62,857 bases of DNA from Octopus bimaculoides (taxonomy: Eukaryota): positions 40,942,290 to 41,005,146 of the forward strand of contig NC_068989.1 of the NCBI RefSeq assembly GCF_001194135.2. Reading direction: 5' to 3'. Both the position numbers and the translations under genes were made by a program. Within the stretch, counting starts at the first letter, position 1. Every line of letters starts with the position of its first letter. Below the pieces are notes generated by a model. The model did no database searches and was not told where the DNA came from. It saw only the letters and a program-made list of their open reading frames with translations. Shown here in pieces: positions 22,480 to 34,992 of the stretch.

Positions 22480-22791
22480 CGTGCGAGTGTTACTATGCGG
22501 ATACAATAAATAAATATACATGAATATATGCATGGAGATGTGTTTATAGACACCAGATGTCGATATTGAAATTGTGTCTTACTTAAAAGACACATGAGCT
22601 GGCTGTATATGTGCTTATATTTGTAAGCCAGTTGGCTGTATACAGAAACATACCTCTCTGTCTCTCTCTCTTTCTCTCCCTCCCTCTCTCTCTCTCCCTC
22701 TAACACACACACATACACATATATGCGTAGATATATATATACGAGGAGGTATCCAAAAGTAAGCGGAATTTTGCAATATTTTATTCACTTC

Positions 22792-23220
22792 AGGCGGCGA
22801 GCTGGCAGAAACGTTAGCACGCCGGGCGAAATGCTTAGCGCTATTTCGTCTGTCTTTACGTTCTGAGTTCAAATTCCGCTGAGGTTGACTTTGCCTTTCA
22901 TCCTTTCGGGGTTAATAAATTAAGTACCCGTTGCGTACTGCGATCAATCTAATCGACTGGCCCCCTCCCAAAAATTTCGGGCCCTGTGCTTAGGGAAGAA
23001 AAGAATCGTTAGCACGTCGTTCGCACGTCGAAATGCTTCGTCGTATTTCGTCTCCCGCTACGTTCTGAGTTCAAATTCCACCGAAGTCGACTTAGCTCTT
23101 CATTCTTTCGGAATCGATTAAATAATTACCAGTTACGCACTGGGGTCGATGTAATCGACTTACCCCCATCCCCCTAAATTTCAGGCCTTGTGCCTATAAT
23201 AGAAAGGATTATTATCATTG
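22792..23220 (+). mobile_element. Two head-to-tail SINE family A copies
   Basis: Copy 1 at 22792-23007; copy 2 from about 23002 to the gaaaggattatt tail. Confidence 0.88.
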
Positions 23221-23731
23221 TAATTATTATATATCTAAATTATTTATGAATACACACACACACACACACACATACATATGATAGATATATGCATGTATGT
23301 GCGTGTGTGCGCGTGTTTATATATTTTCGCGGAATTACATTTCGTGCAAGGAATATTTTACATAATGAGAGGTCACAAAATTCAATTTTGTTAATGAAGC
23401 CTAATGAAATACTTTTGGAATATGAACAGACATGAACATGCCAACGGATTTCTACAAATAATTTTAGTGTCTGCTGCTGTGGCGGCGGCGGCGGCGGTGA
23501 TGACGGCGGAAGTTTTCATGGAGGCAGTAGTGTTTGTTTTTTGGGTGGGTTTTTTTTTCTGTAAAAGACCGAAACAGTTTTTTGCTTTTTTTTTTATATT
23601 ATTCTTCACCTCATTAGTTTTAAATGAAATGAACAACGAATTTTCTTGATTTTAATATCATATGTATTACGTATATATGTAGTAAGTATATGTGTGTGCG
23701 TGTGTCCGCGCACATGTATGTGGGAGTGTAA

Positions 23732-23770
<39 letters not shown>

Positions 23771-23789
23771 TGTATGTATGTATATATGT

Positions 23790-23920
23790 ATAGTTCGAAT
23801 TACAGAAAACAAAAGACGAAGACAAGCGAGGAAACAACAAGCAGGTGTATTAGAATACTCAGGAAGAATGGAATAGTCTTTGACATTTCGAGCCTACGCT
23901 CTTCAACAGAAAGGACTGAG
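23790..23920 (-). mobile_element. Second copy of the Penelope pLTR-like repeat with variant hammerhead (23877-23913)
   Basis: Minus strand CTTT CTGTTGAA GAGC GTAG GCTC GAAA TGT C AAAGA. Confidence 0.55.
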
Positions 23921-24059
23921 AGGGAAAACAAGGAGAGAGAATGAAAATAAAAATGGAGAAACAAAAAAAAATGTGTAAGGATTAACAGTTCAACATGATG
24001 AAATGGCCAGAAGAATGAGGCGAAGTGAAAGGGAGATAACAGTAACCCGGACGAACTAG

Positions 24060-24600
24060 GGTGCACAAGCGCATGTGTGTATGTGAGAATGGTGTATGTG
24101 AGTGCGTGTGTGTGTGAATGGGGGCGAGCGCGTGTGAATATATGTGTAAGCGAGCTTAAAATTATGTTGGCCTCTGTGTGTATGTGTATAAGTAACCCAG
24201 TGCGTGCATTTTGTGGGATGATGTGTGTTTCATCTACAACTGTGTGTGTATGTGTATGCGCATGGACGTGTGTACATGTGTGTGAGGTTATCATGAGCGT
24301 GTGCGTGGAAATGCATGGGCCTGTGTGTGTATGGGAGTGTGTATAAGTATTGTACAAGGAACCTCGTGCGTGCGTTGTGTGGAGTTATGTGCGTTTCATG
24401 TATTTGTATGTGTGTATGTATAGACGTGTGTATATGTGTGTGGATTTGTGTATTTGTGTGTCAGTGTGTGCATGTGTGTGTGCGCGCTCGCGTGCGTGTG
24501 CAAACGCTTGTGGGTAGCAGTTGATGTATGCTTCTTTGAGTGGTGTGTGCACGTGTGTATGTGTGTGATCTTATAGTGTGTGCATGTATGTATGTATATC
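24060..24600. repeat. Cryptic (TG/CG/TA) purine-pyrimidine alternating low-complexity tract
   Basis: About 540 bp of degenerate gtgtgt/gcgtgt/atgt. Confidence 0.8.
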
Positions 24601-24825
24601 ATTGTTCAGTTTATTTCAAGATTTTTTGCCAATAGAGAAAGAACTCATTTCTAACCTAGATTCAAGGTCCCTTCATTGGAATTTCAACATCAACAACAGG
24701 GTATTTTTGTTTGTGTGTATGTATGTATGTATGTATGGATTATGTATGTATGTGCAGATTTGTATGTTTTATGTATGTATTCCCATGCATATAGTTGCAT
24801 ATCTAAACATGCTCATATATATTTA

Positions 24826-25330
24826 AATGATAAACTTCTGGAAAGTTTTACAGATGTTTACAGTTCCAGTGATGGATTGGATTTGTAGTCTTCGGATTAG
24901 CTTTCTCATTTCTGGTTTTGAGAAGCTTAATTTCTCAAGATTGGTATTTAGGCAGAGTATTACATATCCCAAGGCCCCAATACTTACAGGTATAAACCTG
25001 AACTTGTAATCTGGATAGAGTAACTGCAGATTTCTCAATAGTTCAGCATAGGTGTTCTCTTTTTCACTCATCTCAGCTTTATGTTAACATCCGCTCAGCA
25101 GCTGCTTTCTACAATACACAGTTTCTTTTCTCAATCCCAAATCATCACATCAGGTCTGTTGTGCTCACAATTTATTGAGGTCTTCTTTGGTACATTCCAC
25201 CAGCATCCCTTTTCATTATGAGTAGATATGTCTTCTACCATATTGTAGATTCTTATTTATTTGTGTTCAGGTTTATCCTTCCGGCGGATTTCATTATAGA
25301 GTGTCCTAGCTGCAACGTCATGCCTCATCG
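24826..25330 (-). mobile_element. 3' fragment of an R2-superfamily (R4/Dong-like) LINE: REL endonuclease region
   Basis: HDVAARTLY..WWNVP..HNRPDVMIWD..CIVE..ADVNI..EKENTYAELLRNLQLLYPDYKFRFIPVSIGALG. Confidence 0.78.
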
Positions 25331-25489
25331 GTAGATAAAACCAAAAATTGAGCAAGTGTTGTTGTTGTGGCGGCTGTAATTTTCGTTGTCGTTATTGTTT
25401 TTGTGATGTTTCTCCTTGTTATTCTTGTTGTTGTCATTTTCATTGTTATTGTTTAAGTTGATGTTGTTGTTTACTGTCGTCTTTGTAAA

Positions 25490-25810
25490 TCTTTGATCAA
25501 AAGCATCCTAGCTGTGACCAAGACATCTTCATTTTTTCAGACACACTATCTAGGACTAATTTATCTAATGTGGCTTTCCTTTCTTATGATACCAGAGTTT
25601 CATTTGAAGAACTGACTGCTATTTCAAATAGATAGAACTGCTCAAAGAAAAAATTCAGAGCAGATTGAAAATCAAAGCTGTACCAGCAGTGAGCATCCCT
25701 CTATTGCTTCAGGTGTAAATTATCCAGGACTATGTTATCCTAGGTATACATCGTGATGAAATTTCAGATTATTTTCCTGTTATTTCTAGCAAATCAATTG
25801 ACCACATACA
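25490..25810 (+). repeat. Two degenerate copies of unclassified interspersed repeat family D
   Basis: Loose similarity to 34265-34445 and 38155-38335 (..gctgtgacca.., ..ctgctatttc.., ..gaccac..). Confidence 0.4.
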
Positions 25811-26185
25811 GACACTAATTTTGAAGTTATTTCCTGTAATGGACACTTACAGCCATTTTGCTATCACATCAACATCGACGTGATAACTTACTGTAAATTT
25901 AATTTGTGACAACAATCATCACTATTACCGTGGTGATAGCGTAGTGCTGTTGATATTATTGGTGGAAACGGTAGTGTTGGTTCATCTGGTAGTGGTGGTG
26001 ATAGTGGTGGCAATGCAGTTAACCGTATCTTGCTGTGGCTCCTATTTAGCAACTAAGAATACTGAACTGATATTTATGTGTGTTATTCATAGAAGGTGCG
26101 TAGAGCCGATAATAATATTTGAACTTTACAGCCCACGATTTACAGTTCAACATTGGATTGATTGAGATAGATGTTCCTCCAATAT

Positions 26186-26450
26186 AATCGTTACCACGCC
26201 AGGCAAAATGTTTAGCGGCATTTTGCCCGTTTTAAGAGGGCGAGCAAGCAGGATCATGAGCACACCGGGTAAAAGGCTTAGCACCATTTCATCCTTCTTT
26301 ACGTTCTGGGTTCAAATACCGATGGGGTTGACCTTGCCTTTCATCCTTTCATGGTCAATAAAATAAGTGTCAGCTGAGCATTGGGGTCGATGTAATCGAC
26401 CTTGCCCCCTTTAAGAAATTGCTGGCCTCGCGCCAAAACTTGAACCAATA
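26186..26450 (+). mobile_element. SINE family A with duplicated head
   Basis: Two aatcgtta/gatcatgagcac head segments followed by one body ending ggcctcgcgccaaaacttgaacc. Confidence 0.75.
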
Positions 26451-27137
26451 TGATATAAAAGTTGCATAAGATTTTTTTCTAGTTTGATAGTAAAATATAC
26501 AAATTATTGAATATATATTGTGTAAATTTAGAGATAAATATAAGTCAACAAACTGAAAAAATATGAAGACAGAAAGTATTTTGAGCGTTCCAGTATTCTA
26601 GATGAAGTTATGTGGTAGGAAGTACTGTAATATAAGGTTCGCAATAAATACGGACTGAAGAAAAATAGGTACAAGTATTGTGTGACCCAATATTGTAGAT
26701 GATCGTATGGAGTAGAGGGTCACAGAAAATGCGGGTTTTGACAGAGAAAAATGAAAATGTGATTGTTGCGTGATCCAGTATAGTAAATGTGGCTATAGGG
26801 TAGAGAGTCTTGTATTTGAATTACACACAAAAAAAAATGGCTGTGGTCCCAAAACCAAAGTTCAATGTTTAAGTGTTGATTGACTCACTAGTCTAGGCGA
26901 TGCTTTCGGGATGGAGCCCACAGTATAAGTTTACAAGTAGAGTTGGAAATATAAGAAAAAGTTAAGATATGCAAGAGATGTGAAGTTTAAAGACAGATTA
27001 TAACAATACTAATTAGATTAACTTATAAATAATTAATATTTATAATATTTTAAATTTCTTGAAGACATGGGGAATTAACATTAAAACATTGCAAATGCAA
27101 AGTAAAATGAAGACAACCGTTTTTAATATTTTACTAA

Positions 27138-27500
27138 AGGCATTTCGTCTGTCTTTACGTTCTGATTTCAAATATTTCCAAGGTCAACTTTGCCTTTCAT
27201 CCTTTCGGAGTCGATAAAATAAGTACCAGTCGAACACTTGGGTCGATGTAATCGACTTTTCCCCTCCTCCGAAATTGCTGATCGTGTGCCAAAATTTGAA
27301 ATCAATATTTTACTTAAGCAAAAGGTGGCAAGCTGGCAAAATCGTTAGCATTTGTCGATCTTTACGTTCTGAGTTCAAATTCTTTTGAGGGGAAACTTTG
27401 CCTTTCTTCTTTTCGGGGCCGATAAACTAAGTACCAGTCGATGTAATCAATTTACCCCCTCCACCAAATTTGCTGGCCTTGTATCAAAGCTTAAAAAGCA
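27138..27500 (+). mobile_element. Two head-to-tail SINE family A copies
   Basis: Bodies at about 27138-27310 and 27322-27500. Confidence 0.8.
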
Positions 27501-28339
27501 ATGTTTTACTTGCGTGGTACAGAATAATTTTAAAGTAGGGAAACGTTTTCTGTGTATAGGTGAATAATCAGGTATTCCTAACAAAAATGTATCGATTCTT
27601 TAAATAGCTTTCGATTAAAGACACGAAGCAATTTACTTTTTAAAACATTAACTGAATATTAAGTATGCATGAAATATGCTATGTATGAAATCTGCATAAT
27701 ATTAAGATTACGGTTATTTGTTCTGACAAGAACCTAAAGCACTGATTATATTTAAATCATATTTCTTAGGTCAAGCGCTGGTGTCTGAATCGAAATCAAT
27801 TTTTTCTAAATTATCGTAAAGTGAACCTAACAGAGATTTGTATACCTCTTCAGATATTTATTTATGCAACATAGCTCGTAAAATTTATGCTTCCTGATTT
27901 AATAACACCGGTGTAGTAAATAATAATGAACAGCCAAAGTAATATAAAACTGATAAACTTCTACTGCACAAAGTCAAACTACCTGGGAAAACTATTTCGA
28001 AGAAATATAATCTAATGGAACTCGGATACATTCTGTTTGATTTTGCGGAAGGAAAACTAACCTCCATTTTAGGATGTCGAACGGACTGAATGTTTTATGA
28101 AGCAGTTTGTTTACTGGAGGGGTCTTCTTGATCGGTAATCAGATGAAAATATCATTTACTCAAAGCTTCAAACTTGAATAATTAATTTCAGTGATCTAAA
28201 TCACCGCATTTAGTAGCATAAAACGAAAGTCCTTGATGTAGTCTTCTGAAATAATATAAATTTTCAGTTCTCTGAAGGTGCAATAAGATCTGACGGAAAA
28301 TTGAGAGGTCGTTTACAACAGAAATTAATGCAATTATTT

Positions 28340-28585
28340 TAATCCGTTTCTCAGAGCGAGAAGTTGGCTGAATTGTTAGAGCGAAGAAAGAAAGAGTTTC
28401 GCAGTATTTCTTGAAGATCTTCCTAGTCTGAGTTCAAGTCCTACCGAGGGCAACTTCGCTTTAATACCTTCCAGATCAGTAAAGTACTGTGATTGACAGT
28501 ATCGACTACTCTCAGCTCAAACTTTTATTGCTTTGTGTCTAAATCAAAGATCATTGAAAAAGGCAGCGAGCTGGCCGAAACTTCG
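28340..28585 (+). mobile_element. Degenerate SINE family A
   Basis: ttggctgaattgttag..gagttcaagtcctaccgagggcaacttcgc; second head aaggcagcgagctggccgaa at about 28560. Confidence 0.6.
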
Positions 28586-28605
28586 ATGTCACTGTCAATA
28601 CTATC

Positions 28606-30243
28606 TGTTGAAGGGACGGAGAAAATTATGAATATTTTCTCCTCAAGACGTACTTCAGAAAAGAATACACAACAACACTCCGCCAGAATACACAACAACT
28701 ACCCCAACCTCTGGCCAGAAACTATTGACCCTCAGCAGTTCGCTTCACACTTTCGTCCACCTCTATATCTTTTCGGAAAAAGAGGCTGTTAGAATGCCTC
28801 ACTTTTTGACGTGACGTCACTTCCCCACGCTTCCGGTCTCCTTTCACTCTTCTATCCACCACTGACCTAAAGATCACTGCCCTTCTATTCCATTTCAAAG
28901 TCGTCCATTCCACTGGCTGGGCGACGCTCTCCTTGTGATCTTCGCAAGGTCATGGGACTGGCCTCTCCCTCTCCTTAGTCATGAGAAGAGCTAAAATCCC
29001 TACAAACATCCAAGATGTGACGTAGCATTCCGTCCACTAATACGCTATTCCGAGTGTAAACTGTACTAACACTTCCTTTCTCCCACGAAGTTGTGAACCG
29101 TACATTAGGTGGCTTCACCCATACTTCGTCTTCGATCTGAACAGATGCAGACCCTTCCACCTCTGACGGCTGTGACTCCACACTTGGGTGTCTTCATTTG
29201 TAATGGAATATGGCTCAATGCGGGACCGACTCCTCAGCTTGTCCTATCCTGGGCGATATATTGTACCAAAAAAAATGCCACACTGGTGAAGGGGGAGTCG
29301 CTGCGATGGGACCGTTCCAAAACCCCATTTCCTCTGAGCCCGCATGCAGCTCTAAGGAAACATCTGATGTTCTATCTTTCGCGCAATTCCTTCAACTGAC
29401 CCGAACGAAAGACTATGCTGGTGTCCATCAACAGCTCCCCTGCTGGTCCCTTCCGTGTATTCAGCACCTCTGCAATTTTGGTCGCATTCCCCATCCTGAT
29501 TTCTCGTTTTGTTGTCATCCTCCCTGATCCGCAGTCAATCGGTGAGAGGTACGACCTTCACAGACAGTGCGTTACAACCACCACTAGCCTCTTCCAGACT
29601 TCTTTGACTTGAAGTGTTCCTGCTTCAAGCACACTCGGTGCTAGGTTGATGTACTAATGCTGTCACAACTCCAACTACTTTCCGAACTCTCTCCATAGAG
29701 GTATCAAGGTTAACCTTCCTTGCCAAAAACAGAGTCCTGTCGACTCCAATGTAGTGTATCCACATCAACTCTAACCCCTTCAGATGACATACCGCAGCCA
29801 CTCCACACATTGAATACTTCACCACTTCCAGCCAGGAATTCTTTTAACCTGGTAAGAGCATCTACTTTATTCCTTTCGTATGGCACGAAAATTACCTGCA
29901 GCTTCAGGACAAACTCAGTAGCTAACCCTCTCCTGATTCCTAGGTGACACATGATTATCCCTTCTGCGTCCACTTTCGTTCTAATCTTCTTCTGATCGGT
30001 AATCACCGATGCCACCCACCTCCATACCGTGACATAATCTGTCCAAATCTCGACAGCACATAGTCTCCATTTCAGCACTAGGTTCGCACCCTTTAATACA
30101 GCGTTCAGTTCAGCTACATTTCTGGGCCATGCTGCGTCTTCTACCCCGAAACTTTCTATTTCCAGAATGACTGTTATCACTATGCTACGATCCCATTTTA
30201 GGTTTCTGGTACATACCAATTGCCCTTGATCCACCGCTCTCAC
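28606..30243 (-). mobile_element. Ty3/Gypsy-type pol remnant (RNase H, integrase) with PPT and 3' LTR
   Basis: RNase H-like VEDAAW..NVAELNAVLKG..EIWTD..NKVDALTR; integrase H..GVDRT..VRKVV, ELLMD..VFRS and GNGVLER. A purine tract is followed by TG at 28819 and an LTR ending ..ttcaaca at 28606. Confidence 0.8.
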
Positions 30244-30481
30244 TCTTAGTAACTGTCTTCTTTCTCATTTTATCACCTGAGTTCATTCTTCTAGCCCGTC
30301 TCTTTATATAGCTGCACACTGTTCGGAGCCATCCTGCGACAGGATAGTGTCCTACACATTGAAAACAATTCTAACCTATTTATATCCTTGCTCGGGCTTA
30401 GAATCTTATTTCCTCCCTGAAGCACAAGCCAGCTTACTTTATCTCTTTCGAGCTTGAGCCCCAACGCCGTGTTTCCTTCTT

Positions 30482-31085
30482 TTAGGTTGACAAGAAAGTA
30501 AATTCATCTTTCGCAAATGGATAGAGTTATGATTTTTTTTAAAGACTTTTGTCAATGTTATGATTTTTCCTTTTGACATTTGATAGCCGTTACTTCTAGC
30601 TTATTTTAGAAGCAAATTGCGCGTAATTTTGTTTACAGCCGTTAGTTCAGTGTCAGTTTTAACATGGAGTGCAAAAACGAACATTTTCACCATATTTTGC
30701 ATCATTATTTCCGTAAAGGCAAGAAAGCTGCTGAGGATCACAAAGAGATATGACATTTATGGTGTTAATTGCTTAATAGAATCCACATGTCAGAAATGGT
30801 TTTAAAAATTTCGTTCCAGCGTTTTGGTCGACATACTGAAGTTGATGATGAACAACTCAAAGCCATAGTTGAATCTTATTGCCATATAACTGTGCGAGAT
30901 ATTGCAAAGAGGTTAAATGTATCACAAACAACAATTGAAAATCACATAAAATGTCTTCGACCCGTTAAGAAGCTCGATATTTGAGTTCCACATAAATTGA
31001 AAGAGATTCACTTAACACAACGAATCAATATTTGCGATATACATCTTAAACGCAAAGAAATCGACCTTATTTTTAAACGATTATA
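30482..31085 (+). mobile_element. Mariner 5' fragment (TIR and N-terminal transposase)
   Basis: ttaggttgacaagaaagt TIR; MECKNEHF..YFRKGK..CQKWF..VDDEQLKAIVE..TVRDIAKRLNVS..(W*)VPHKL. Confidence 0.85.
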
Positions 31086-31624
31086 GGTGGTGGCTAAGGC
31101 AGTGAGATAACTCTGGTACGCTTCGTTTCTCTGAAACCGCCTTAGTGCAACACCTACTTTGAATGGAAAAATGAAGTCTATGCCTCGGTGAAGAGTGCTA
31201 GTATATCTCCTGTGCTTAAAGAAACTATTAAAATGATAAACTTGGCTAAAAATGATATAACTTAATGGTTATGCATTTGAGTATGTGCATTTGTCTGTAT
31301 GCGTGACAAGTGGGAATTCAGTTATGACTGAAAAGCAACGACCGTAGGTAGCATCATAGTGATATTCAAGTATGTTATTGACTCGTTTAAATATTTGTGG
31401 CAGAACGAAAACCTTACAGGGGCATTGATATATTATAGAGAAGAAAGCTGTCGTGAATTATACCCTTTGCTTGTTATTGCAACATCTGATTTTGGCAGCA
31501 GTTTCATAAGAAACTGGCTATTCTACAAGACTGTCAAAGAAACAGTAAAGGATACTGCATTAGAAGCTCCATTTCAATGAGGAAAGTGTAAATCCTTCAC
31601 CCTGAAGTCAATTAAGATGCTTGG

Positions 31625-32055
31625 GTAATATTGAGTTCAAATTTTGTCAATAGGCCACCAAGTTCACGAGAGAGGGTAAGTCGATCACATCGATCCCAGT
31701 GCTCAATCGGTAGTTATTTTATCGACCCCGAAAGGATGAAAGACAAAGTCGACCTCAGACGGACGAAATGCCACTAATCATTTTGCCTGGCGTGCTAACG
31801 ATTCTACCAGCTCGCCTCTTTGTGCTCAGGTAATGTTGATTTCGAATTTTGGCACAAGGCCAGCAATTTCAGGGTAGGGGTTAAGTTGACTACATCGACC
31901 TCAGTACTCAACTGGTACTTATTTTATCGACCCCGAATGAATGAAAGGCAAAGTCGACCTCGGTGGCATATGAACTCAGAAAATAAAGAATCGAAAAGTC
32001 GAAATGCTGCTAAGCATTTCTTTCGACGTGCTAATAATTCTGCTATATCGACGCC
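31625..32055 (-). mobile_element. Two head-to-tail SINE family A copies
   Basis: Reverse bodies at about 31625-31820 and 31835-32055. Confidence 0.82.
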
Positions 32056-32972
32056 GTTCCCCGTTCCCACTCTCTTTCTCTATCCTTCTCTTTCTCTTTT
32101 CTCTCTCTCTCTCTATCTTTCTCTCTCTCTTTTTCTCTCTATCATGCTCTCTTTCTCTTCTCTCTCTCTCTCTCTCTTTCCTTCTCTTTTTCTCGAGATA
32201 TTCTCTGCTGTCACGTAATGTTCACTCAATTGTTTGAAATCCTTTGATTCATATAGTGAATCCTGTGTATATACACACTGAATGATAATATTGCCGGGAA
32301 AAAATCGATGTTTAAATCTCACTTTATCCTCTCATGCATTGACCTAAAAACCTTCCATCTTATCAATTCTATAACTCTATTAAGTTGGACACATCTCCCA
32401 ACATCTGTAGCCAATAATTATAATAAAGAACTGGCCATCAGATCTCGTTAGTAACGTTCAGGTGAATGAAAATCAACAATATAGCTTAGTTAGCAATATC
32501 AAAAACAATTTTGCTTCAGAGTTGTATCTTGTGTCTTACATTTTGTCATTTCGACTATCCGTACTTTAATAAGAAACACGACAATGCCGGAAATTCTCAT
32601 TCATGATTCAGAAATCGCCATTGTTTATAAATACAATGAACCACTTCCTACATTCTTTAAAACCCAATCCAACAAGGATGCCTGTGTGGTTTCTAGTCGT
32701 GCTCGAAATAAATATTATTCAAATCAACATCAAATCACATGTTTCTATCACAAATTAGGAAAAGCCACACTAGATAATATAGTGTTAGATATAGTTTAAA
32801 AAATCCTTGTGGTCATAGTCGAGAAACCTATGATAAACAGCCTTCCTTATCAGGGTTGACTTGGATCAAATCTAGTGTTTCTCATATATGGCGGTGGTTG
32901 ATGTAATGGCTGAAAACGGGGAGGAGACAAGTTCTCATGTTTAATAAAATTAGGATGATTCTAAATTAAATA

Positions 32973-33380
32973 GGTGCTGGTGTGGCTCTGTGGTAAAAAG
33001 TTTGCTTCCTAGCCACGTGGTTCTGGGTTCAATCCCACTGCATGGCACCTTGGGCAAGTGTCTTCTACTATAGTCCCTGCCGACCAAAGCCTTTTAGTGA
33101 ATTTGGTAGACGGAAACTGAAAGATACATGTCACACATATATGTGTGTGCGTGCGTGTGTGCCTTCGTGTCTGTGTTTATCCCCCACCACTGCTTGACAA
33201 CCAGTGTTGGTTTGATTATGTCCCTGTAACTTAGCAGTTCGGTAAAAGTGGCCGATAGAATACGAGTACCTGGCGTTAAAAAATAAGTTCTGGGGTCGAT
33301 TCATTCGAATAAAAATTCGACTCAAATGGAGGTGCTCCAGTATGGCCGTAGTTTAATGACTGAAAACAAGTAAATAATGA
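32973..33380 (+). mobile_element. SINE family B, full length
   Basis: tggctctgtggtaaaaag (A-box-like), gggttcaatccc (B-box), ggcaccttgggcaagtgtcttctactatag (CORE-like), 3' end tgactgaaaacaagtaaa. Confidence 0.85.
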
Positions 33381-33645
33381 AAACGACGATGATCCAACAT
33401 TATGAGAGGAAAGAAGGATTATTCGGACGCAAGCTCTTTTCTTTTTTTACGTTAATAAAGAGGGGGAGGGGATAAAAAATCCATTACTATTTTTAGTGAG
33501 GGGTGGGGTTGATATTTGATAGTTTGAGGGCCACTAGTCTAAACGACAGCATCGCAACAGCAATTTATTTATTTCGCAAATTAGCGAGAAAGTCTCCGTG
33601 TGGCTGCACGTGTCGCTCGGAAAATTAGCAATCAAATCTTACTCG

Positions 33646-34259
33646 TGTCATACCTATCCCCTAACCTCTTGGAAAAGACTGGACATTCAAAACACGAATT
33701 TCGTTCATCAGAGGTTTGCTCAGCCAAAGATTAACAGCATCAAACACCGTCAACCCACTTCCTTCATATCCGGTGCCGTTCACGTTCGTTCATAACCTCC
33801 AATAATGGCTTGTTCCCCAGTTGGAACGTGTCTCAAGCATATATCTCAAGAACTGGTAATAACATTGCATTTATACATATCACTGCTTAGCGCTCCCACT
33901 CCGTAATTTACTTACGCCGAGCCACCGCATAGAGCGTTTCAATCATCGTACGGTGACTGAAATAGCATAAGAGAAGCAATCTCTTTGATCAGTTCGCCGC
34001 GACACTTGCCTGGTGTCTGTGACCGAGGAGCACACAACTACTCCGAAACACTGGCATCTCACAGTCTAGGTGCGTGGCGCTACGAACTGGTCTAGGTGTA
34101 TCCACATAATTTGTCCACAGCGAGAAATTTTCTCCATGACAAAACACAGTGAATGGCTGGCTTGTTCCCCACTTCGAACATGCCTCAAGCGTATTTAAAC
34201 TGTTAATAACACTCGAAAGACTAACAACTGTCTTGAAGATGAGGCTTAATCTCATGACA
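33646..34259. mobile_element. Solo-LTR-like segment (TGTCAT..ATGACA termini)
   Basis: 614 bp, GC-richer than its flanks, with 6-bp inverted termini and an internal 60-bp direct repeat. No TSD found. Confidence 0.4.
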
Positions 34260-34264
34260 GTTCT

Positions 34265-34445
34265 GGGTAACTTATGTTTGAAGGCATTCCAGTTGTAATC
34301 ATCCCGTCTTTTTTTAATTTATTGTACACTCAAGAATATATTATTCCAAGTGCACTGTAATATATTTAGGTGGTAGGTATTTTCTGAGATTTGGTTGCTA
34401 TTCTTTTAAACATCAAACGGTCACGTAGACTTGTTCCAAACCATT
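34265..34445 (+). repeat. Unclassified interspersed repeat family D
   Basis: aggcattccagttgtaatcatcccgtctttttt..gagatttggttgctatt..ggtcacgtag, similar to 38155-38335. Confidence 0.5.
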
Positions 34446-34920
34446 TAAAACATATAGGAGCCACTTGAAACAATTTGACACGCAGCTACCGAGAATCAGA
34501 AAAGTTAATTGTTAGATAATCTATTTCTATATTTTAATAATGTTTTTTTGTTATTGCCGGCAAGATGCTAAAACATGATAAAAGTGGATGATTCTCAAAT
34601 TTCCTCGGGTTAAAACACTTTCAATTCACCTTGATAGTATCTGCTACAATTACGATGGCTTTTGCATTTAATAATTAAAAACTAAACCAAAATAACATGT
34701 CTTTGTATACGTGTATGGCTTTATGTGTCTGTTCGGACATGTGAGTGTAGAGTGTGTGTGCGTGTGCGTGTGTGTGTGTTTGTGTGTGTGTCTTGAATAT
34801 AAGTTTGTTAATGCTAATAGTAATTACTAATATATATGTACATACACAAACAAATAAATACCTCAACGCAAACGTATACTTACATATAACTAGATCGACA
34901 ACTACTGACACACACGCACA

Positions 34921-34921
<1 letters not shown>

Positions 34922-34990
<69 letters not shown>
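34922..34990. repeat. (TA)n microsatellite
   Basis: Nearly pure TA run. Confidence 0.95.

Positions 34991-34992
<2 letters not shown>

Noticed and set aside
27930-28090. About 50-codon open frame (YKTDKLLLHKVKLPGK..)
   Set aside because: Bounded by stops, with no splice sites or recognisable family.
32973-33050. tRNA gene calls for SINE heads (also 17530, 20920-20987, 60591)
   Set aside because: A and B boxes are present but there is no complete cloverleaf, and each continues into a SINE body.
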